From Halorutilales archaeon Cl-col2-1 (lineage in GTDB: Archaea > Halobacteriota > Halobacteria > Halobacteriales > Afararchaeaceae): a stretch of DNA of 64,000 nucleotides. Under the pieces are notes generated by a model. It saw only the letters and a program-made list of their open reading frames with translations. It was not told the DNA's origin and ran no database searches. Of this stretch, positions 18,505 to 28,939 are shown in pieces. Every line of letters starts with the position of its first letter. The stretch's first letter is position 1. The position numbers and the translations under genes are program-made. Location: positions 288,001 to 352,000 of the forward strand of contig CP169074.1 in NCBI GenBank assembly GCA_041891055.1, written 5' to 3'.

Positions 18505-21186
18505 TTAGTCGTCGGCTCCGTCACGTCTTCCGAAGATTCCTATGAACTGTCTCTGGAATCCTATCTCAAGGACTGTGAAGACTGCCGTCATTCCTATTAT
18601 GTACATCCAGTGGCTGAGTCCTATTGGAACGACCTCGAATACCGACGCAAGTGGCGTGTAAAGGAGGAGTAGCTGAGCGACGAATGCCACTCCCACGGTA
18701 ACCGAGAGCCAGATGTTAGAGAAGATACTGAGTCCATAGTCCCGCCTTACTATCTGGAACATAACTATCTCGAACATCGCGAGTGATGTGAAGAGAACCG
18801 TCTGTGCGAGACGGAAATCGTCTATATAGGCGAAGAAGAGCTGGAGAAACAGGATCGCGGCTAAGGATCCTGTGAGGAGTACCATCGAGACGATCTTTCT
18901 GTCGATTATTGACGCGTTAGGGTCACGCGGGTCACGGTTCATAACACCCGGAACGCTCTCGTCGGCGGCGAGAGCCATCGCTGGAGGCCCGTCGGTGGCG
19001 AAGTTGACCCAAAGGATCATGACGGCTGTGAGGACTACGGTGTCTGACCCTCTGAAGTACTCGGGAAAGAGGAGCCCTCCTATGATTGAACCCAGAAAGA
19101 CGAACATCACCTCGGCTGAGTTGGTCGAGAGGAGGTAGTTGGTGACCTTACGTATGTTGTCGAATATAGTCCTTCCTTCCTTTATGGCGTCACGTATAGT
19201 CACGAAGTTGTCGTCTAGGAGGACTATGTCGCTGCTCTTCTTCGCGACGTCGGTTCCCTGCTGACCCATAGCCACTCCTACGTCGGCGTTCTTGAGAGCG
19301 GGAGCATCGTTGACACCGTCGCCCGTCATAGCGACGTGGAGCCCGCTGTCCTGAAGAGCCTTGAGTATACGCACCTTATGGCTCGGCGAGACTCTTGCGA
19401 ATATCTCTGTATCGGTGACGGCGTCACGTAGCTCGTCGTCATCCATCGATTCGACCTCGCGTCCCGTGACAGCCTTCTCGGGGTTGAAGCCTAGACTCTC
19501 TCCTATCGCCCTCGCCGTCTTTATGTCGTCCCCCGTAGCCATGACGACATGTATACCCGCGGTTCGGCAGTCCTCGACCGCCTCCTTGACCTCGTCGCGC
19601 GGCGGGTCTATCATAGCCTGTAATCCGAGGAAGACCATGCCCGACTCTATCTCGTCGTCGTCAGCCTCGGGATTGTCGACTTCCTTCACCGCGAATCCAA
19701 GGACTCGGAGTGCGTCACCCGCGTACTCTGAGACCTTCTCCTCGATCTCGTCGTGTCTTTCGTCGTCGAGTTCGACGAACTCGTCGTCTACGAGTACTCG
19801 GTCGCATCTATCGAGTACAGTCTCAGGTGCGCCTTTCATGTAGGCATTCGAGCCGTCTGTGATAGCAGTCATCCGTTTACGGCTCGAAGAGAAGGGTATC
19901 GAACGCTCACGTTCCTCGGGCGCGTCTATGCCTGCCTTCCTCGCGGCTACGAGGAGTGCGGTCTCGGTGGGGTCTCCGTCGAAGCCGTCCTCAGTCTCGT
20001 CGGTGTTGTTCGAGTAGACGCCACATCGGAGTATCTCGCCTATTTCCTCGGGGTCTATCTCGCCGCCGTCTGTGCCGTAGAACTCTCCCTCAGTCTCGGT
20101 TCCGACTCCCGTCACCGAGACCTCACTACCGTTCGAGTAGATTCTACGGACTGTCATAGTTCCCTGTGTCAGAGTCCCCGTTTTGTCGGAGACTATGTAG
20201 TTGACCGATCCGAGCGACTCGACGACAGGGAGACGTCTAACGAGTGCGTTTCTCTCGAACATCCTACGCGAGCCGAGTGCGAGAGAGAAGGTGACTATCG
20301 CCGGGAGTGCCTCGGGAATCGCGGCGACGACGAGTCCGACCGAGAGGAGGAAGAGTGTTATCCAGTCAGTACCTGTTACGAGCCACTGTATTACGGCTAT
20401 GACTGCGATGAATCCCGATACGAGGTATCCGAGCCTCTTTCCCATCTCATCGACTTCTTTCTGGAAGGGCGTCTTCTCGTCTGAGGCAAGCTGGAGTTCG
20501 TCAGCTATCCCGCCTATTTCGGTGTCCATTCCCGTCCGTGTCACAACCGCAACGCCGCGCCCACGTACGACGTCGGTTCCCCTGAAGACTGTGTTTTCGC
20601 GCTCGGCGACCGTGGCGTCGGCATCGACGCGTTCGGTAGTCTTACTGACCTGTTCACTCTCGCCCGTGAGAGCCGACTCGGTGGTTTCGAGGGACTCAGC
20701 TTCGAGGAGACGTGCGTCGGCTGGAACCGAGTCGCCCTGTTCGAGTAGTATTATGTCGCCGGGGACTACCTCTTTCGAGTCTATCTCCTCCGTCTCACCT
20801 CCACGTCTCACCTTCGCAGTCGGCGTGGCTAGCTCCATGAGAGACGAGATAGCCCTCTCAGCACGGTAGTCCTGGTAGAAGCCGAAGAGACCGTTCCCGA
20901 CAAGTATTAGGGAGATGATACCCGCCTCCCCCCATCTCGGACTTTCGTTCGGGAAGAAGCCAACCCCGACTGAGAGCACGACGGCTATCAGGAGTATGTA
21001 GACGAGATAGTCACGGAACTGGTCGACGAGTATCTCGACTGCTGAGGGACCGTCCCCCTCCTCTATCTTGTTCTCACCCTCCTTTTCGAGGCGTTCCTCC
21101 GCCTCCTCCGACGTCAGACCCTCTCTCCGACTCTCCATCTCTGATAGAACTTCTTCTCGGGTACACGCGTGTCCCTCGACCTTCAT
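18505..21186 (-). CDS. P2-type (Ca2+/Na+) cation-transporting ATPase
   Basis: TGES, AIPEALP, DKTGTLT, KGAPE, DPPR, TGDGVNDAPALK. Confidence 0.95.
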   Translation of the reverse strand: MKVEGHACTREEVLSEMESRREGLTSEEAEERLEKEGENKIEEGDGPSAVEILVDQFRDYLVYILLIAVVLSVGVGFFPNESPRWGEAGIISLILVGNGLFGFYQDYRAERAISSLMELATPTAKVRRGGETEEIDSKEVVPGDIILLEQGDSVPADARLLEAESLETTESALTGESEQVSKTTERVDADATVAERENTVFRGTDVVRGRGVAVVTRTGMDTEIGGIADELQLASDEKTPFQKEVDEMGKRLGYLVSGFIAVIAVIQWLVTGTDWITLFLLSVGLVVAAIPEALPAIVTFSLALGSRRMFERNALVRRLPVVESLGSVNYIVSDKTGTLTQGTMTVRRIYSNGSEVSVTGVGTETEGEFYGTDGGEIDPEEIGEILRCGVYSNNTDETEDGFDGDPTETALLVAARKAGIDAPEERERSIPFSSSRKRMTAITDGSNAYMKGAPETVLDRCDRVLVDDEFVELDDERHDEIEEKVSEYAGDALRVLGFAVKEVDNPEADDDEIESGMVFLGLQAMIDPPRDEVKEAVEDCRTAGIHVVMATGDDIKTARAIGESLGFNPEKAVTGREVESMDDDELRDAVTDTEIFARVSPSHKVRILKALQDSGLHVAMTGDGVNDAPALKNADVGVAMGQQGTDVAKKSSDIVLLDDNFVTIRDAIKEGRTIFDNIRKVTNYLLSTNSAEVMFVFLGSIIGGLLFPEYFRGSDTVVLTAVMILWVNFATDGPPAMALAADESVPGVMNRDPRDPNASIIDRKIVSMVLLTGSLAAILFLQLFFAYIDDFRLAQTVLFTSLAMFEIVMFQIVRRDYGLSIFSNIWLSVTVGVAFVAQLLLLYTPLASVFEVVPIGLSHWMYIIGMTAVFTVLEIGFQRQFIGIFGRRDGADD

Positions 21187-21349
21187 GTTACACAGTACGT
21201 CTCAGGCAGTCTTCGAAGCTTGAATATCTGCGTAGAATCCGAATCCCCAGAATAGTCGGAGCTTGATCCCATAATCGAAGGTTATACTGGTGGTACAAAT
21301 GAGTTTATATGTTCAGTATTTACAACTAAACAAAATCTCGGATTCCGTC

Positions 21350-21907
21350 TTACAGTATCGCAGATTCGGGGTTCTCAGCTTCGAATACCTCGTCGGCTTT
21401 CTCACGTGCTCTGTCGAGTTCGTCTTCGAGGTTTGAGTACTCCTTGCTGTTGTAGAGCTCCGTAGACGACAGCGAGTTCTCAAGGGTCTTCTTTATCTCC
21501 GAGAGGCTGTAACTTCTCCTCGTGGCGTCGTCGTACGAGTCGAGTGACAGGACGTTCTCAACAGCCTCAGTAAGCTCGTGTCTCTCCACGGGCTTGACGA
21601 CGTAGTCGTCTATATCCATCTCGACGACATCGAGGCTCGGACTCACAGCTGTGACTACGACTACCCGCGTGTCGAGGCAGTTGTCACGTATCTCCTCGAG
21701 TATCTCGTCGCCCGAGATGTCGGGCATACGTCTGTCGAGAACAACGAGATCGATCCCCTCGTCGATCTTTTCGAGGGCTTCAGTTCCCGTGTACGCGACC
21801 CTGACGTCGTAGGAGTCGAGCCAGACGGAGTAGAGATCGACTATCTCCTCCTCGTCGTCGACTATGAGTACAGTAGGCTTGTCACCTCCCTCGCCGTCGG
21901 TGTCCAT
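21350..21907 (-). CDS. Response regulator receiver with HalX-like C-terminus
   Basis: IVDDE, LDRRMPDISG, DDYVVKP. Confidence 0.9.
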   Translation of the reverse strand: MDTDGEGGDKPTVLIVDDEEEIVDLYSVWLDSYDVRVAYTGTEALEKIDEGIDLVVLDRRMPDISGDEILEEIRDNCLDTRVVVVTAVSPSLDVVEMDIDDYVVKPVERHELTEAVENVLSLDSYDDATRRSYSLSEIKKTLENSLSSTELYNSKEYSNLEDELDRAREKADEVFEAENPESAIL

Positions 21908-21946
21908 GCACGAAGTACTTTGTGTCTCCGAAAATACCTTTCGTTT

Positions 21947-23359
21947 CTACCCGTGTCTCTCGAATATTTCGACGGTCTTCTTCCTCTCCTCATCGTGGTT
22001 GAGTATCGGGGACGGGTAATCGATCTCGTCGAACTTTGGAGACTCGTAGGGACGATGTATGTAGTCGTCGACATCACGTAGCTCCGGAATCCACTGTCTT
22101 ATGTACTCGCCGTCGGGGTCGTACTTCTCGCCCTGTGTCCATGGGTTGAAGACCCTGAAGTAGGGCTGGGCGTCTGTTCCTACCGAGTACGCCCACTGTA
22201 TCCCGCCGACCATCGCGGGAGTGTCGGCGTCGACTAGATGCTTCTTGAGGTGGTCGTGGAGACGTCTCCAGTCGGCGCGAAGATCCTTCGCCGCGAAGCT
22301 CGCTGTCACCATACGTGGACGGTTGTGCATCCATCCCGTCTGCTTAAGCTGACGCATTCCGGCGTCGACAAACGGGAACCCCGTCTCTCCCTCGACAAAT
22401 GCCCCCCAGTCGTCGTCTTCACAGCCCCAGTCTATCGAGCGGTACTTCTCTATGAAAGCCTTCTCGGTCGTCTCGGGGTGGTTCCAGAGCATCTGGAAGT
22501 AGAAGTCTCTCCACGCGAGCTCCTCCTGCCAGACTCTCGCTCCGTCGTCGTCCTTGTCCTCCCCCTCCGCTTCTTCCCTAACCCTCTCCGCCGCCCAGAA
22601 AGCCTCGCGCACCGAGACTGTCCCGAACTTAAGATGGGGCGATAGCTTCGAGGTAGAGTCGAGTGCGGGGTAGTCTCTCTCCTCGTCATACGTGTCTATG
22701 CAGTCTACGAAATCTTCGAGTCTCTTGGTACCTGCCTGTCTTCCACCCTCGAAAACAGAACTGTCTGAATCCGAATCGGAGACTCCGATTTGACCGAGGC
22801 TCGGAAGCTCCGAAGACTCTACTTCGGGGGTCACGAAGCCCTCTGGAGACACGGGCTCGGGCTTCTCGATGTCGAACCACTTGTCACTGTAATACGAGTA
22901 GACTTGGTAGGGATCACCTTTCTGTGTCGTGATCTCGGTCTTTTCTGAGATCACAACGTCCTTGAATCCCTCCGACTCGACTTCGAGTTCGCCGAGTCTG
23001 TCCTCATTACGTCTCGCGTAAGGAGAGTAGTTGTTGTTGTAGTAGACCCTCTCGGCTTCTACCTCGTCACAGACGTCTCCGATCTCCTCGATAGGGTCGC
23101 CGCGTCTCACGACGAGTCTCTCGTCGTCTCTGGCGTCGAATTTATCTTCGAGTTCGGAGAGAGAGTCGTGCCAGAACCTGAGTCTCTTGTCTCGCGTACT
23201 TTCCGAGTTCAGAAGCACGTCGTCGACGACGTAGACAGGGACGACCTCGTCGTGTCTCCGCGCCGCCTCGACGAGTGCAGTGTTGTCGTACCTCCTCAAC
23301 GACCTGCGTATCCAGACGACGCCTGCCGTACCGTCCATGCCGATCCGTGGATCTGACAC
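21947..23359 (-). CDS. phr: Deoxyribodipyrimidine photolyase
   Basis: TSKLSPHLKFG, LAWRDF, GETGFPFVDAGMRQL, GWMHNRPRM, YFRVFNP. Confidence 0.95.
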   Translation of the reverse strand: MSDPRIGMDGTAGVVWIRRSLRRYDNTALVEAARRHDEVVPVYVVDDVLLNSESTRDKRLRFWHDSLSELEDKFDARDDERLVVRRGDPIEEIGDVCDEVEAERVYYNNNYSPYARRNEDRLGELEVESEGFKDVVISEKTEITTQKGDPYQVYSYYSDKWFDIEKPEPVSPEGFVTPEVESSELPSLGQIGVSDSDSDSSVFEGGRQAGTKRLEDFVDCIDTYDEERDYPALDSTSKLSPHLKFGTVSVREAFWAAERVREEAEGEDKDDDGARVWQEELAWRDFYFQMLWNHPETTEKAFIEKYRSIDWGCEDDDWGAFVEGETGFPFVDAGMRQLKQTGWMHNRPRMVTASFAAKDLRADWRRLHDHLKKHLVDADTPAMVGGIQWAYSVGTDAQPYFRVFNPWTQGEKYDPDGEYIRQWIPELRDVDDYIHRPYESPKFDEIDYPSPILNHDEERKKTVEIFERHG

Positions 23360-23448
23360 AAGTTAGAGCTTTGGAAGGGATATGTATACTATCTGAAACA
23401 AAGTTTATAAGGAATGATGGTGAAGTATGGGCTTGGTGGTGTGAAAAT

Positions 23449-23838
23449 ATGAAATCCGGCAGATGGAACCGAGGACTGGGCTGGCTCTGGCTTATAGTGA
23501 CGTTCGGGTGGGGGCTGTACGTCGCACAGAACATAGGACACTGGATGCAGAACGACATGGGGATGGTGAGGACGATGCACAGACACGCACATACGATGGG
23601 AAGTCTGGGGGCGTACTTCAACATCATGTACGGAAACAGGGTCTCCGAAGCGGGTCTCGGAGACGGGATGAAGAAAGGCGGTGCTACGCTCGCCCTAATA
23701 GGTATGTTCGCGGTCACGCTCGTCTGGCCACTCCAGCTTAGCATTCCCGAGAGTGTGGGCAAGATACTCACGGTTCTGACCTTCGTAGTCCTCGCCGCCG
23801 CGGCGGCTGTGCTCGGATACGGCGAGCTCAAGTCGTAA
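23449..23838 (+). CDS. Small 4-TM membrane protein with Met/His-rich segment
   Basis: ATG 23449 after GGTGGTG; HWMQNDMGMVRTMHRHAHTMG. Confidence 0.7.
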   Translation: MKSGRWNRGLGWLWLIVTFGWGLYVAQNIGHWMQNDMGMVRTMHRHAHTMGSLGAYFNIMYGNRVSEAGLGDGMKKGGATLALIGMFAVTLVWPLQLSIPESVGKILTVLTFVVLAAAAAVLGYGELKS

Positions 23839-23882
23839 CGTAACGAAGCTCCTTTTTTGTATGAAGCCGAGGAGAAAGACGG

Positions 23883-24554
23883 ATGCACGTCTTCATCAAC
23901 TCGGCGATGAGCGCAGACGGTAAGATATCGAACGTGAGACGCGAACAGATCCGTATCTCGGGCTCCGAGGACTTTGAGAGGGTCGACAGTCTCAGAGCCG
24001 AGTCGGACGCGATAGGTGTCGGAGTCGGAACAGTCTTAGCCGACGATCCCTCGCTGACTGTGAAAGACGACAAGGGCGAGAACCCTCTCCGTGTCGTCTT
24101 CGACTCAGACGCCAGGACGCCGACTGACGCCGGGGTGTTCGAGGGAGAGGGCGACGTCGTGGTCTTCGTTAGCCACGACGCCGAGAGTGAGGAAGTCGAC
24201 AGACTATCCGAGAGATGTGAAGTCGTGCGGACGGGTCGAGGTGACGACGGTGACCAAGAGGAAGAGAAAGAAAGAGTCGACCTCGGGGAAGCCGTCGAGA
24301 CTCTCGAAAAGATGGGAGTCGAGAGACTCATGGTCGAGGGCGGCGGCGGTATCAACTACTCGTTGCTGCGTGAGAAGCTCGTGGACGAGATCCTTGTCTA
24401 CGTCGGCGCGTCGGTGATAGGCGGAACAGGCGCGCCGACACTCGTCGACGGCGACGGCTTCGTCGATAAGTATCCACGTCTCGAACTCGGATCTGTCGAA
24501 CGCATTGATGAGGGAGTCCTCCTGAGATGGGTTGTCGATAAGGAAAGTTATTAA
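23883..24554 (+). CDS. 2,5-diamino-6-ribosylamino-4(3H)-pyrimidinone 5'-phosphate reductase (RibD C-terminal family)
   Basis: AMSADGKI, GVGTVLADDPSLT, MVEGGG. Confidence 0.92.
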   Translation: MHVFINSAMSADGKISNVRREQIRISGSEDFERVDSLRAESDAIGVGVGTVLADDPSLTVKDDKGENPLRVVFDSDARTPTDAGVFEGEGDVVVFVSHDAESEEVDRLSERCEVVRTGRGDDGDQEEEKERVDLGEAVETLEKMGVERLMVEGGGGINYSLLREKLVDEILVYVGASVIGGTGAPTLVDGDGFVDKYPRLELGSVERIDEGVLLRWVVDKESY

Positions 24555-24642
24555 ATTTATATGACTGCCTCACAGGAGTTGTGAACTTTACACAGTCTAT
24601 TAACAGGAAACTTAATAATATCTCGGAGCCTAATCTGAGACG

Positions 24643-26832
24643 ATGTCTTCGGAGGCTGAAAGCGACGAGGAGTCAGACGAGGACGGCACTAGACAGATCG
24701 AGATGTCTGTTCCAGGGATGGACTGTCCCTCGTGTGTCGGAAAGGTCGAGAGCTCTCTCGACTCGGTAGAGGGTATACATGACAAGGATCCACGTCCGAC
24801 TACCGGAAGGCTCAGAATTAGGTACGACCCCGACTCGACGACACCTGACGACGCAGTCGAGGCTGTCGAGGGTGCGGGCTACGAGGTAGCTTCGGTCTCG
24901 GATGAGACGGGGATCGAGACCGAGTCACGATCCGACGTCTGGTGGTCGTCGCGCGCGAAGAAGACGTGGCTGAGCGGCGTACTTCTTCTCACGGCTCTCG
25001 TGGGCGAGTTCGTCGTGGGTCTCGAAGCCGATGTGGTCGACAGTTTCGTCGTCTTAGGAGTCACCGATCTTCTCCTTCTCGGAGCCGTCGGAGTCAGCGG
25101 TGGCGTGGTTCTCCGGAACGGCTACTACTCGCTGAGAAGTCTGAGCCTCGACATCGATCTCCTGATGTCGCTTGCTATAGTCGGAGCCACGGGGATAGGA
25201 CTCTTCGTCGAGGCGGCTTCACTCGCCTTCCTATTCAACGTAGCCGAGATACTTGAGGAGTACTCGATGGAGAGGGCACGTGACTCACTCAGGCGTCTCG
25301 TCTCGTTATCTCCCGAGACTGCGAGGATCAGAAGAGACACTGAGACAGTTGAAGTCGACGTTGAGGAAGTCGAGGTCGGGGACACCGTAGTCGTCCGTCC
25401 CGGCGAGAAGATTCCGGTCGACGGAAAGGTCGTGAAAGGCACGAGTGCCGTAAACCAGTCGGCTGTCACGGGAGAGAGTGTCCCTGTCGGAAAGGACGTT
25501 GGAGACGAGGTGTTCGCCGGGACGGTCAACGAGGAGGGATATCTGGAGGTCGTCGCTGAGTCCGACTCGACCCACAGCACGCTCTCACAGATAATAAGAC
25601 TCGTCGAGGAAGCCGAGTCGGAGAAGACCCAACGCGAGAAGTTCGTCGACAGGTTCTCGAAGTACTATACCCCCGGAGTCGTTGGCTTAGCCGTCGCAGT
25701 CTTCGTTGTTCCGACGGCTTTAGGCATGAACCCTACGACGTGGTTCGTGAGAAGCCTCACACTCCTCGTCATATCGTGTCCGTGTGCTTTCGTCATAAGC
25801 ACCCCCGTTACGGTCGTCTCGGGGATCACGAGTGCGGCTAAGAACGGCGTCTTAATAAAGGGAGGACGTTACCTCGAAGCTGTCAGCGAGTCGGAGGTCG
25901 TGGCGTTCGACAAGACGGGGACCCTCACACGCGGGGAGCTAGAGGTCACGGACGTAGTTCCTCTCGGAGACACGCAAGCCGAAGATGTCCTCAGGTCAGC
26001 TGCGGCGGTTGAGGAAAGGAGCCAGCATCCCATAGGGGTCGCAGTCGCGGAGTCTGTCGAGGTGGACAGCCAAGTCACGGAGTTCGAGAGTCTGACAGGA
26101 GCCGGAGTAAAGGGGGATATCGAAGGTGTGACTTATTACGTCGGAAAGCCCGAGATCTTCGAAGAAGCCGGGGCTAAGGGTCTCGAAGACGTCCGAGGGG
26201 CTCTCGAATCTCTACGTGACGAGGGAAAGACTGCGGTCGTGGTTGGGACTTCCCACGAAGTTCACGGCGTCATAGGCGTCGCCGACGAACTGCGTCCTGA
26301 GGCGCGTCGAACAGTCGAACGTCTCAGGTCAGTTGGCGTCGAAAAAGTCGTGATGCTAACGGGCGACAGCCCGAAGACTGCACGTGCAGTGGCTGACGAG
26401 ACGGGGATCGACTCGTACTACGCCGGGCTTCTTCCAGAGGACAAGATCGAGGTCTTAGAAGACCTGCGTGAGGAACACGGAGACGTCGTCATGGTCGGTG
26501 ACGGTGTCAACGATGCTCCCGCACTTGCCGCCGCGGACGTCGGAGTAGCTATGGGAGCCGCGGGAACTGACACAGCGATAGAGACCGCCGACGTCGCACT
26601 CATGGGGGATGATCTCTCTAAGATACCCTACCTCTACCGCCTCTCGTTGAGAGCGAATTCAGTGATACGGGGGAACATAGGCGGGAGCCTTGGGATCAAG
26701 TTCCTACTCGCAGCCGGAGCCGTACTCGGCTATGTCAACGTCATAGTCGCCGTACTCGTCGGTGACATGGGGATGACACTCGGCGTCACGGGAAACGCGA
26801 TGCGTCTTTCGAGGATCAGGTCGGAAGACTGA
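24643..26832 (+). CDS. P1B heavy-metal ATPase (Zn/Cd/Pb type)
   Basis: GMDCPSC HMA domain, SCPC, DKTGTLT, HP, K and DMG in the C-terminal TMs. Confidence 0.93.
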   Translation: MSSEAESDEESDEDGTRQIEMSVPGMDCPSCVGKVESSLDSVEGIHDKDPRPTTGRLRIRYDPDSTTPDDAVEAVEGAGYEVASVSDETGIETESRSDVWWSSRAKKTWLSGVLLLTALVGEFVVGLEADVVDSFVVLGVTDLLLLGAVGVSGGVVLRNGYYSLRSLSLDIDLLMSLAIVGATGIGLFVEAASLAFLFNVAEILEEYSMERARDSLRRLVSLSPETARIRRDTETVEVDVEEVEVGDTVVVRPGEKIPVDGKVVKGTSAVNQSAVTGESVPVGKDVGDEVFAGTVNEEGYLEVVAESDSTHSTLSQIIRLVEEAESEKTQREKFVDRFSKYYTPGVVGLAVAVFVVPTALGMNPTTWFVRSLTLLVISCPCAFVISTPVTVVSGITSAAKNGVLIKGGRYLEAVSESEVVAFDKTGTLTRGELEVTDVVPLGDTQAEDVLRSAAAVEERSQHPIGVAVAESVEVDSQVTEFESLTGAGVKGDIEGVTYYVGKPEIFEEAGAKGLEDVRGALESLRDEGKTAVVVGTSHEVHGVIGVADELRPEARRTVERLRSVGVEKVVMLTGDSPKTARAVADETGIDSYYAGLLPEDKIEVLEDLREEHGDVVMVGDGVNDAPALAAADVGVAMGAAGTDTAIETADVALMGDDLSKIPYLYRLSLRANSVIRGNIGGSLGIKFLLAAGAVLGYVNVIVAVLVGDMGMTLGVTGNAMRLSRIRSED

Positions 26833-26893
26833 AGCTGCAGTCCTTGAGTCCGAACCGCACTCTTCAACTTGTCGGAGATGGAACCCGGGAGTA

Positions 26894-28939
26894 ATGACTA
26901 CATCCTCACTATCTGACTCTACTGAGCCGGATTACTCGAAAGTCGGCGTAGGCGTCGATGTCGGCGGAACCTTCACCGACACTGTACTCGTGTTCCCCGG
27001 AGGAGTCGTGACCACGAAGGTTCCCACGACGGAGGATCAGAGCCGAGGCGTCGTAGAAGGAATACGTAAGGCGTGCGAGAAAGCCGGACTGTCTCCCGAG
27101 GAGATAGACGGCTTCAGCCACGCGATGACTGTCTCGGTGAACGCCGTACTTGAAAGGGACGGAGCCGAGACGGCTCTCGTGACCACAGAGGGATTCAGAG
27201 ACGTCCTCGGAATAGGGCGTCAGGATCGACCCGACCTCTACGACCTTGAAGCCGAGAAGACACCGCCTCTCGTGCCGCGAGAAAGGAGGTACGAGATAGA
27301 CGAGAGAGCCACATCCGAGAGAATCGAGAAAGAGGTCGACCCCGACGAGGTCAGGTCGGTCACGTCGGAGATAGAGGATGACGTCGAGGCAGTAGCTGTC
27401 TGTCTCCTCCATTCGTACGCCCATCCCGAGAACGAGACGAGGGTCGCCGAAATAATAAAGGACGAGACCGAGTCAGTACGTGTCTCAACGTCACACGAGG
27501 TTCTCGCCGAGTTCCGTGAGTACGAGAGAGCCTCGACGACAGCCGTCGACGCCTATGTCTCCCCAGTGATGGAGTCGTACCTCTCACGTCTCTCAGAGAG
27601 AGCCTCGGATATCGGCATACCCGACCCTGACGTGATGCAGTCGAACGGGGGAGTTTCGAGCCTTGAAGCTGTCAGACACAAGCCCGTGACAACACTTTTC
27701 TCGGGTCCAGCTGCGGGGGTCGTCGGTGCAAGGACAGTCTCACGTGGAGTCGACGTCGAGGGGGTCGTCACCTTCGACATGGGTGGCACCTCGACTGACG
27801 TCAGCCTCGTGCGCGACGGTGAGATAGAGAGATCCACGAGTAACGAGGTCGGCGGTCATCCCGTCGGAGTACCCATGGCAGACATCGAGACGGTCGGGGC
27901 GGGAGGAGGAAGTATAGCCTGGATCGACGACGGAGGTGCTCTACGTGTGGGTCCCGAGTCGACAGGTGCCTATCCGGGACCAGCGTGTTACGGACGCGGC
28001 GGAGAGGAGCCGACGGTAACCGACGCTGACGCTGTCCTCGGCTACATACGCGGGAGCCTCGGAGGGGAGGTGAAGCTGAGAGACGACAAGGCACGCGAAG
28101 CTGTTGAGAGACTCGCCGATCAGACTCAGATGGACGTCACAGAGACGGCAGCGGGCATCCACAGGGTGGCTAACTCGAACACGGCGAGGGCTGTGAGATC
28201 GGCTACCGTCGAGAGGGGACACGACCCGAGAGAGTTCGGCATAGTAGCCTACGGGGGAGCAGGACCTATGCACGCAGCCCCGGTCGCCGACGAACTCGGC
28301 ATCGAGACAGTCGTAGTTCCGAGAGCCGCGGGGGTTCTGTCGGCTTACGGACTCCTCGCGGCTGACGAGAGACACGACGCTGTGAGGAGCCATCTCGTGG
28401 GACTCGACGAGGTCGACGTCTCGGAAGTCGAGGCAGTCTACGCCGAGATCGAGGACGAGTTATTAGAGGAGACATCAGGTGACAGAGACGAGGTGCGTAT
28501 TCAGAGACACGCCGACCTGAGATACGAGGGACAGAGCTTCGAACTCACTGTCGAGGTCGACGACCCCTTCGACCCCGAGTCAGCGAGACGCAGGTTCGAG
28601 GAGGAACACGAGAAGAGCTACGGCTACTCTCTCGGAGATGGAGAGGATGTCGAAGTAGTCAGCCTCAGAGCCGAGTCGGTCGCCGAGAGACTCCGTCCCG
28701 ATATGGGGGTAGAGGAAGCTGAGGGAGATCCCGTCAAGGATGTCCGTGAGACTTACTTCCCGGGAGACGGATTCGGTGAGACACGGGTCTACGACAGACG
28801 TCTTCTGAGTACTCAGGACGAGGTCTCGGGAAGAGCCGTCATCGAGGACGAGGAAACCACAGTCGTAGTCCCGCCGTCTTGGAAAGCGACTCTCTCAGAG
28901 AACGGTAACATAGCCGTCGAGAAGAAGGAGGTGAGTTAG
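26894..28939 (+). CDS. Hydantoinase/5-oxoprolinase subunit A
   Basis: DVGGTFTD, SGPAAG, DMGGTSTD, GAGGGSIA. Confidence 0.93.
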   Translation: MTTSSLSDSTEPDYSKVGVGVDVGGTFTDTVLVFPGGVVTTKVPTTEDQSRGVVEGIRKACEKAGLSPEEIDGFSHAMTVSVNAVLERDGAETALVTTEGFRDVLGIGRQDRPDLYDLEAEKTPPLVPRERRYEIDERATSERIEKEVDPDEVRSVTSEIEDDVEAVAVCLLHSYAHPENETRVAEIIKDETESVRVSTSHEVLAEFREYERASTTAVDAYVSPVMESYLSRLSERASDIGIPDPDVMQSNGGVSSLEAVRHKPVTTLFSGPAAGVVGARTVSRGVDVEGVVTFDMGGTSTDVSLVRDGEIERSTSNEVGGHPVGVPMADIETVGAGGGSIAWIDDGGALRVGPESTGAYPGPACYGRGGEEPTVTDADAVLGYIRGSLGGEVKLRDDKAREAVERLADQTQMDVTETAAGIHRVANSNTARAVRSATVERGHDPREFGIVAYGGAGPMHAAPVADELGIETVVVPRAAGVLSAYGLLAADERHDAVRSHLVGLDEVDVSEVEAVYAEIEDELLEETSGDRDEVRIQRHADLRYEGQSFELTVEVDDPFDPESARRRFEEEHEKSYGYSLGDGEDVEVVSLRAESVAERLRPDMGVEEAEGDPVKDVRETYFPGDGFGETRVYDRRLLSTQDEVSGRAVIEDEETTVVVPPSWKATLSENGNIAVEKKEVS

